Source: Thermovirgaceae bacterium
GTDB lineage: Bacteria; Synergistota; Synergistia; Synergistales; Thermovirgaceae
Reading direction: 5' to 3'
DNA: 64,000 nucleotides
Assembly: GCA_040767805.1 (NCBI GenBank)
Contig: JAXGNU010000002.1
Location: forward strand, 64,001 to 128,000
Shown here: positions 58,327-64,000 of the stretch, one piece after another
Position numbering within the stretch: the stretch's first letter is position 1
How the letters are laid out: every line of letters starts with the position of its first letter
The notes under the pieces: model-generated
What the model was told of the DNA's origin: nothing
The model's input: only the letters and a program-made list of their open reading frames with translations
Database searches by the model: none
Position numbers and translations under genes: made by a program

Positions 58327-58572
58327 TCAGTCTTCCAGGATATCCACTTCCACCTTTTCGCCGGGCTTGACGGCGGCAGCCCGGGCGACCACCCTGATCG
58401 CGTTGATTGTAACGCCGTGCCTGCCGATGATCCGCCCCATGTCATCGGTCGAGACCCTTATCATTACCCTTACCACTCCGGCGCTGCTCTTTTGTGACGT
58501 AACCGTCACGCCGTCAGGATCGGAAACGATATTCCTGACGATGAAGCTCACGAGTTCTTCGTAATCCGGCAT
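58327..58572 (-). CDS. khpA: KH-domain RNA-binding protein KhpA
   Basis: DMGRIIGR.G..INAIR motif; located between rpsP and rimM. Confidence 0.92.
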   Translation of the reverse strand: MPDYEELVSFIVRNIVSDPDGVTVTSQKSSAGVVRVMIRVSTDDMGRIIGRHGVTINAIRVVARAAAVKPGEKVEVDILED

Positions 58573-58584
58573 GGGCAGGTCCCG

Positions 58585-58854
58585 CTACTGTTTCTTCCCC
58601 GACGAGAACTTGTCCCAGACCCCTGTCTTTTTCAGGATCGCCCGGGCCGTGTCCGACGGGAGCGCGCCCACACCCAACCAGTAAAGGGCCCTCTCCTCCT
58701 GGACCTTCATCGCCGCCGGCTCCGTCATGGGGTCATAGGAGCCGATCTGTTCGATGAACGCGCCGTCCCGCGGCGCCCTCGAATCGGCGACGACGAGGCG
58801 GTAAAAGGGCCTCTTCTTTCGGCCGAACCTTGCAAGGCGGATTCTGACTGCCAT
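58585..58854 (-). CDS. rpsP: 30S ribosomal protein S16
   Basis: VRIRL.R.G.KK.PFYR.VVADSR.PRDG motif. Confidence 0.98.
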   Translation of the reverse strand: MAVRIRLARFGRKKRPFYRLVVADSRAPRDGAFIEQIGSYDPMTEPAAMKVQEERALYWLGVGALPSDTARAILKKTGVWDKFSSGKKQ

Positions 58855-58941
58855 CTCTCTCGCACCTCCTGGTCTTCTCCCGTCCCCGCGTCAGGTCCCG
58901 GGAGTGATTTCACCTGTATCTCAACGAAAAGCCTGTTAACT

Positions 58942-60279
58942 TCACATGGGGATGGGGGGAAATCCCTTCGGGAACCTCGTCCCCTTCCCCTGGGTGAAAC
59001 GCTTCATCATCAGGTTCATCTGCTCGTACTGCTTGAGGACCTGGTTGACCGTCTGCACGGAACACCCCGATCCCTGGGCGATCCTCCTCCGCCGGCTCCC
59101 CTTGATGATATGGGGGTTCTGCCTCTCCTCCCTCGTCATAGAGAGGATGACGGCCTCCACGTGGGCGAGTCTCCGAGGGTCCAGCTGTGCGTTTTCCAGC
59201 CCCTTTATCTTCCCCGCCCCGGGGATCATCTCCAGGACCTTGTCGAGGGGGCCCATCTTCCGGACCTGCCTGACCTGGAGGAGCATGTCCTCGAGGGTCA
59301 TCTTCTTTTTCTTGACCGAGGCGGCGATCTTTTCGATCTCCCTGTCGTCGACGGCCTCCTGTATCCTTTCCACGAGGCCCTGGACATCCCCCATGCCGAG
59401 GATGCGCTGGGCCATCCTCTGGGGGTCGAACTGCTCGAGGTCCTGGATCCTCTCCCCGACCCCAGCCAGTTTGACGGGTATCCCCGTCGCGGCCCCTATG
59501 CTCAGTGCGGCTCCGCCCCTGGAATCACCGTCGAGTTTCGTCAGGACGATCCCGCTCAGGGGGACCCGCTCGTTGAAGGCTATCGCCACGTTGACGGCCT
59601 CCTGCCCGGTCATGGCGTCCACCACGAGAAGGGTCTCCGTGGGTGAGAGGGCTTCCCCGAGGGAGGCCAGCTCACCCATCAGTTGCTCATCAATATCAAG
59701 CCGGCCGGCGGTGTCGAAAAGGAGGACGTCATAGAGCCTCTGGGCTGCGTATTCCATCGCTTTTCCGGCGAGCCGGATCACGTCGCCCTCGCCTTCGGAA
59801 GGCCCGAAGAACCCCACCCCGGCCTGGTCGGCCAGTATCCTGAGCTGTTCCACCGCGGCGGGCCTCCTCAGGTCACAGGCAACGACCAGGGGCTTGTGGC
59901 GGTCGGAGACCTTTTTGGCTATCTTGACGCAGGTCGTTGTCTTGCCCGATCCCTGGAGTCCGACGAGGATGTACCTGGTCGGGGGCTTCGGGGAAAAGGA
60001 GAGCGACCGCCGGCCCAACCCCATCAACGCCGCCATTTCCTCGTAGACGATAGCGATCACCTGCTGGGCGGGGGTTATCGACTCGAGGACGTCCCTCCCG
60101 ACAGCCCGTTCGCGCATCCTCTCGACCAGGTCCTTGACGACCCGGAAGTTGACATCCCCTTCCAGGAGGGCTCTTCTTACGTCCCTCATGGCGGCCGATA
60201 TGTCCTCTTCCGTCAGTTTCCCCTTGCCCCTCAGGCCTTTGAATACCGATTCAAGGCGCTCCCTGAGCGAATCGAACAT
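58942..60279 (-). CDS. ffh: Signal recognition particle protein Ffh
   Basis: GLQGSGKTT, DTAGR, TKLDGD.RGG motifs and M-domain SRR.RIA.GSG. Confidence 0.97.
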   Translation of the reverse strand: MFDSLRERLESVFKGLRGKGKLTEEDISAAMRDVRRALLEGDVNFRVVKDLVERMRERAVGRDVLESITPAQQVIAIVYEEMAALMGLGRRSLSFSPKPPTRYILVGLQGSGKTTTCVKIAKKVSDRHKPLVVACDLRRPAAVEQLRILADQAGVGFFGPSEGEGDVIRLAGKAMEYAAQRLYDVLLFDTAGRLDIDEQLMGELASLGEALSPTETLLVVDAMTGQEAVNVAIAFNERVPLSGIVLTKLDGDSRGGAALSIGAATGIPVKLAGVGERIQDLEQFDPQRMAQRILGMGDVQGLVERIQEAVDDREIEKIAASVKKKKMTLEDMLLQVRQVRKMGPLDKVLEMIPGAGKIKGLENAQLDPRRLAHVEAVILSMTREERQNPHIIKGSRRRRIAQGSGCSVQTVNQVLKQYEQMNLMMKRFTQGKGTRFPKGFPPIPM

Positions 60280-60287
60280 GGGCGGGG

Positions 60288-60644
60288 TCAGACCTCCCCT
60301 TCTTCCGTGGCGAGGAGGGCCGCCAATTCCGCCGCGGCCTCGGCGGGGATCCGGGACAGGTGACGCCGGCGCCACTCACGGAGTTTTTCCATGCGGCTTT
60401 CCCAGGCGGCCTCCCTTGCCGAGAAACCGAGCAGGCCCTCCAGCTCCAGGAGGCGGCCCCTCGCCCTCTGCACCAGGTCATGGGCACCCTGGCGGGTGAC
60501 CGCGAGCCTTTCGGCGACCTCCGAGAGCGACCAGTCCTCCATGACATGAAGCCGGAAGGCCTCTTTTTGCTTTTCCGTCAGGGCCGGTTCGTAAATATCG
60601 AAAAGGCGTGAAAACGTCACCCTCTGCTCGATAAGGTCGTCCAA
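60288..60644 (-). CDS. ylxM: YlxM (UPF0122) HTH protein
   Basis: LFD.Y...LTEKQ, EDWSLSE.AE...VTRQ motifs; directly upstream of ffh. Confidence 0.9.
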   Translation of the reverse strand: MDDLIEQRVTFSRLFDIYEPALTEKQKEAFRLHVMEDWSLSEVAERLAVTRQGAHDLVQRARGRLLELEGLLGFSAREAAWESRMEKLREWRRRHLSRIPAEAAAELAALLATEEGEV

Positions 60645-60674
60645 CGGGGCACCTCCAAGCGCACACGGACAATT

Positions 60675-60719
60675 ATTATAAGGAGTCTCCCCTGGCCTGT
60701 CAAGCGTCGCCCCTTGACA
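60675..60719 (-). promoter_or_regulatory. Consensus promoter of ylxM-ffh with overlapping palindrome
   Basis: TTGACA-17 nt-TATAAT (60703-60675); TGTCAAG-N8-CTTGACA at 60698-60719. Confidence 0.85.
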
Positions 60720-60831
60720 GCTTTCAACCTCGAGTTCCCCTAAAAAAGAGAATGAAAAAGCCGGGGTTCGATCCCCGGCATGAAAGTCCTAACCCTGTTC
60801 CTAAAAGAACTGGCCTTCGGCGAAGGGCCGC

Positions 60832-61116
60832 TTATTTATGCTCGTGTCCGTGCCCGTGGGGATGATCGCCGAAGGCCTTATCCTCAACGCGCTGAAGAAG
60901 GCCCCACAACTCCGCCAGGTCCTTCCTCCTGGACCTTATCAGGTGTCCCAGGACGTGGCGGACCTCTTCGTCCTCGATCATATGATGCCGTGCCGCGAGT
61001 TCCGTCAAGGCGTCGAGCTCCTGAGAGAGCGTCTCCCTCAGGAGTTCCGCTATCGACAGGGGGTCATCGGTGTGGCCGTGCCCCCCGCCCTGGTCCGGTG
61101 TAATCACTCTGCACAT
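60832..61116 (-). CDS. Small ferritin-like two-helix protein with His-rich termini
   Basis: LRE.L..ELDA......H...EDEEV..VL.H pattern; AAGGAGG RBS; terminator at ~60755-60779. Confidence 0.6.
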   Translation of the reverse strand: MCRVITPDQGGGHGHTDDPLSIAELLRETLSQELDALTELAARHHMIEDEEVRHVLGHLIRSRRKDLAELWGLLQRVEDKAFGDHPHGHGHEHK

Positions 61117-61293
61117 GGTCATACCTCCTTTGTCTTCGGCATAAGAGAATAACACATACCCGTGGTTCTGTCACACGAATGACATTATTTCATTTCCAAA
61201 AAACCCGGCCCTGCCGCCGGTCCTTTCGCCCTTCTGATAAAATGAAGGCCGTCCGTTGAAGGTCCCACGGGATTACTAATCACGAAAGGGGTA

Positions 61294-61962
61294 ATGCTGA
61301 TGAACTCGACCCAGGAGAAAAACCTCGAGGTCAGGAGGGTCTACAACGAACACCTTGGCGCCAGCGTCGTCAAGGCCCTGGAGGCCAACGGGTTCAAGGC
61401 GAGTTACGCGCCGACCGCCGAAGAAGCCGTCGAAAAGGTACTGGCACTGATCCCCGAGGGATCCACCGTGGGGGTCCCCGGGTCATCCACCATCCGGGAG
61501 TTGGGGCTCTTCGAGACGCTCCGGGGGAGGGGATGCAAGATATTCGAACACTGGGACCCCGCGCTGGCGCCGGAAGACAAACCTCAAAGGCTGGAGGACG
61601 AGAACACCAGCGGTATCTACCTCTCCAGTTCCAACGGCGTCACCCTGGACGGGAAACTGGTGAACATCGACGGGACGGGCAACCGTGTGGCGGCCATGGC
61701 CTGGGCAAGGAACCGGATCGTTTTCGTCGTCGGCATCAACAAGATCAGCCGCGATGTCGAAACCGCGATCCAGAGGATCAGGGATGTGGCCACGCCGCTC
61801 AACGCCATCAGCAAGGGTGTCGAACTCCCCTGTGTCAAGACCGGATTCTGCGTCGACTGCAGGGTTCCGAACCGGTACTGCAGGGCCACCCTCGTCCTTG
61901 AGAGGAACCCCATGGGCCGGGAAGCCCACGTCATAATCGTCGGGGCAAACCTGGGGTATTAG
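61294..61962 (+). CDS. LUD-domain (lactate utilisation / DUF1121-type) protein
   Basis: GS.T..ELG, SSN..T.DG.LVNIDG.GNRV, GINKI and PC.KTG.C.DC motifs. Confidence 0.88.
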   Translation: MLMNSTQEKNLEVRRVYNEHLGASVVKALEANGFKASYAPTAEEAVEKVLALIPEGSTVGVPGSSTIRELGLFETLRGRGCKIFEHWDPALAPEDKPQRLEDENTSGIYLSSSNGVTLDGKLVNIDGTGNRVAAMAWARNRIVFVVGINKISRDVETAIQRIRDVATPLNAISKGVELPCVKTGFCVDCRVPNRYCRATLVLERNPMGREAHVIIVGANLGY

Positions 61963-61999
61963 GATCGGAAAGACATAAGGCAAAAAACCGTAAACCGTA

Positions 62000-62330
62000 A
62001 GATACCGTCTTCCGTCAACCTTGAAAATAATGAACCCTCATAAGCCGATCTGTTTCAACAGGCCATGGCGAACCTGTTCTTCGCCCAAAGGGGGTCAAAG
62101 GCGGTTCTGTTCTTCAGGACCCCGTAGATTATGTGAAGCAGTTTGCGCATGAAGGCTATGAGAGCGGCTTTCTTGGGCTTGTTGCGGTTCGTCAGCCTTT
62201 CGTAGAACTCTTTCAGCAGGGGGTTGTATCTTATGCCGACCAGGGCGGGCATGTAGAGGTGCTTCTTCAGCCTGGACGAACCAGTTTTGCAGATGGAGGT
62301 CCTGCCCTTCACGGAGGTACCGGAGGTCCT
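62000..62330 (-). mobile_element. IS110-family remnant: 3' end of the transposase plus right end
   Basis: SGTSVKGR..I.KTG...L...LYMPA, RYNP.L..FY.RL and K.A..A.MRKLL...YG.LK motifs; right end TTGACG-GAAGACGGTATCT. Confidence 0.85.
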
Positions 62331-62513
62331 CGTGAATCGTGAATCGAAAGGTCAAGATCAAAGGCGGATTGTTTTGTTCTTGCGATTTACGATCCGAGAC
62401 TTACGGTATTTCCCGTTTTCCCTTCACCGTTTATGCCTTCGCTTTTCGTCTTTGCCTTACGGTTACCGGTTACCGGTTTTCGGTTCACGATTTACGGTTC
62501 ACGATTCACGATC
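62331..62513. repeat. Degenerate heptamer-repeat tract with terminal inverted repeat
   Basis: Units TTACGG/TTACCGG/TTCACGA; CGTGAATCGTGAA (62331-62343) is the reverse complement of TTCACGATTCACG (62498-62510); related units at 61985-62000. Confidence 0.75.
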
Positions 62514-62517
62514 ATTT

Positions 62518-63969
62518 CTACCTCTTCCACGTACCGGGGAGGAACAGCATCATCACCGTGTAGATCTCGAGCCTCCCCAAGAGCATGCAGAAGGAGAGGA
62601 CCCACTTGCCGGCGGCAGGTATATGGGCGTAATTGCTCGAAGGCCCCACCGATCCCAGGGCCGGCCCGATGTTTCCTATCGCCGCCGCCGCGCTGGCTAT
62701 GGCCGACAGTACATCAAGACCGAGGGCGGCCATCATAAGCGCCGCCAGGACGAAGAGCCCAATGTACATCACGAAGAACGCGGTGACCGAGGATATGTCT
62801 TCCCTCTCCAGGGCCTTTCCCCCTACCCTGACGGTGAAAATGGCCTTTGGGTGAAGAAGCCTCTGGAGTTCGGTCTTCACGTGTTTGCCGAGGACCATGA
62901 TCCTCATGCTTTTGATACCGCCAACGGTCGAACCGGCGCAGCCCCCGGTGAACATCAGCAACAAGAGCAAAAATTGCAGGAAGTTCGGCCACAGGCCGTA
63001 GTCGGCCGTGACGAACCCCGTGGTGGTGACAATGCTCACCACCTGGAAGGCTCCGTAACGGAAGGAATCGGAGAGTCTGTCGTAGGTCCCGCTTGAAAAA
63101 AGAAAGGCCGCCGAGACAAACACGGACAGGGCCAGTAGTTTGACGTAGAAACGGAACTCCTCGTTCCTCCACCAAGCCCCCAGGTCACCCCGGAGGGCGA
63201 GAAAATGCAAGGCAAAGTTCGTCCCCGCCAGGAACATGAAGAGGGTGATGACCCACTCGAAGTATGCGTTGCCGTATTGCCCGATGCTTCCGTTAAGGGG
63301 TGAGAACCCCCCGGTGGCCATGGTCCCGAAGGTGTGGGTAAGGGACTCGAAGAGGTTCATGCCCCCCAGGAGCAGGGCCGAGGCCTGGAGCAGGGAGAGC
63401 AGAAGGTACACCCCCCAGAGCAGGAGGGCCGTCTGGTGGACCCTGGGGGTGATCTTCTCCGGCATGGGGCTTGGCACTTCCGCCTTGTACAGCTGCATCC
63501 CCCCAACCTTCAGGAAGGGCAGGACGGCGAGGCTCAGGACGATGATCCCCATGCCGCCGAGCCATTGGGTGAGATCGCGCCAGAAGAGGATGCCCCTGGG
63601 GTTGGACTGGATATCGGTGAGCACCGTGGCCCCCGTCGTGGTAAAACCCGACATGGCCTCGAAGAACGCCTCGGTGTAGGTTGGGACCGTCCCGTTAAGC
63701 AGGTAGGGGATGCCCCCGATAGCCGAGGCCAGGACCCACGAGAGGGAGACGACGGCGAAGGCTTCCCTGACGCCCAGGTCTCCAGCCTTTGCCTTGGACC
63801 CGGCGGCGAAAAGGAGCGCCGAGATCCCCAGACCGGTACCCATCCCACCCAACAAGGGGAAAAGGTCACTGGACCCGTCCGCCAGGGACCAGAGGATCGG
63901 GAAGACCATGAAGAGCGAGACGATGGCGCAGAGCAGGGAGAGTATCCTTGCGACGACGGCGGGTCGCAC
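62518..63969 (-). CDS. trkH: Trk potassium uptake membrane protein TrkH
   Basis: FFEAMSGFTTTGA, QWLGGMGII, ATGGFS, TTTGF, GNIGP and LLGRLE motifs. Confidence 0.96.
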   Translation of the reverse strand: MRPAVVARILSLLCAIVSLFMVFPILWSLADGSSDLFPLLGGMGTGLGISALLFAAGSKAKAGDLGVREAFAVVSLSWVLASAIGGIPYLLNGTVPTYTEAFFEAMSGFTTTGATVLTDIQSNPRGILFWRDLTQWLGGMGIIVLSLAVLPFLKVGGMQLYKAEVPSPMPEKITPRVHQTALLLWGVYLLLSLLQASALLLGGMNLFESLTHTFGTMATGGFSPLNGSIGQYGNAYFEWVITLFMFLAGTNFALHFLALRGDLGAWWRNEEFRFYVKLLALSVFVSAAFLFSSGTYDRLSDSFRYGAFQVVSIVTTTGFVTADYGLWPNFLQFLLLLLMFTGGCAGSTVGGIKSMRIMVLGKHVKTELQRLLHPKAIFTVRVGGKALEREDISSVTAFFVMYIGLFVLAALMMAALGLDVLSAIASAAAAIGNIGPALGSVGPSSNYAHIPAAGKWVLSFCMLLGRLEIYTVMMLFLPGTWKR

Positions 63970-63970
63970 C

Positions 63971-64000
63971 CTACCCTACCCCCAGGATCTCCACGGCCTT
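63971..64000 (-). CDS. 3' end of the upstream gene (probably TrkA), truncated by window end
   Basis: Open frame KAVEILGVG* ending 1 nt before the trkH start; identity inferred from context only. Confidence 0.35.
   Translation of the reverse strand, partial: KAVEILGVG

Noticed and set aside
62331..62513. Possible CRISPR array
   Set aside because: Units are ~7 nt and degenerate, with no 25-40-nt repeat/spacer periodicity and no cas genes.
1..64000. Many long alternative-frame and antisense ORFs in the track (e.g. 38815-40506 +, 51048-52814 -, 16978-18189 -, 11870-12865 +)
   Set aside because: They shadow well-supported genes in GC-rich DNA and have no motifs or RBS.

Overview
This 64-kb GC-rich window looks like core chromosome from an anaerobic, amino-acid-fermenting bacterium. 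A Synergistota-like organism is inferred from Firmicutes-style gene orders in high-GC DNA; this was not verified. Housekeeping blocks: infC-rpmI-rplT, pheST-zapA-cvpA-mutS2, ctsR-mcsA-mcsB-clpC, ylxM-ffh-rpsP-khpA-rimM-trmD-rplS, and trkH. There are three tRNAs (Arg-CCG, Ala-GGC, Leu-GAG). Metabolic genes include an EtfB-EtfA-FAD dehydrogenase operon (LctBCD-like), hutU, an ArsR/P1B-ATPase metal-efflux pair, a NiaR-like regulator with a Na+/solute symporter, and a lysine-related block (lysine/saccharopine dehydrogenase-like gene, NhaC-family transporter, kamA). Mobile DNA is all decayed: a full-length but inactivated IS1595, an IS110 3' fragment with its right end inside a heptamer-repeat tract, and a transposase-less structured segment that may be an orphan IS110 non-coding (bridge-RNA-like) end. 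The best candidate for an uncharacterised system is an operon of two divergent D-Ala-D-Ala-ligase-like ATP-grasp enzymes plus a GNAT acetyltransferase. It has a ~300-nt hairpin-rich leader and lies ~4 kb from kamA, which suggests an unknown beta-lysine amide/peptide product. No CRISPR array, rRNA, prophage or integrase was seen. All calls come from reading sequence and motifs; no database searches or folding programs were run.
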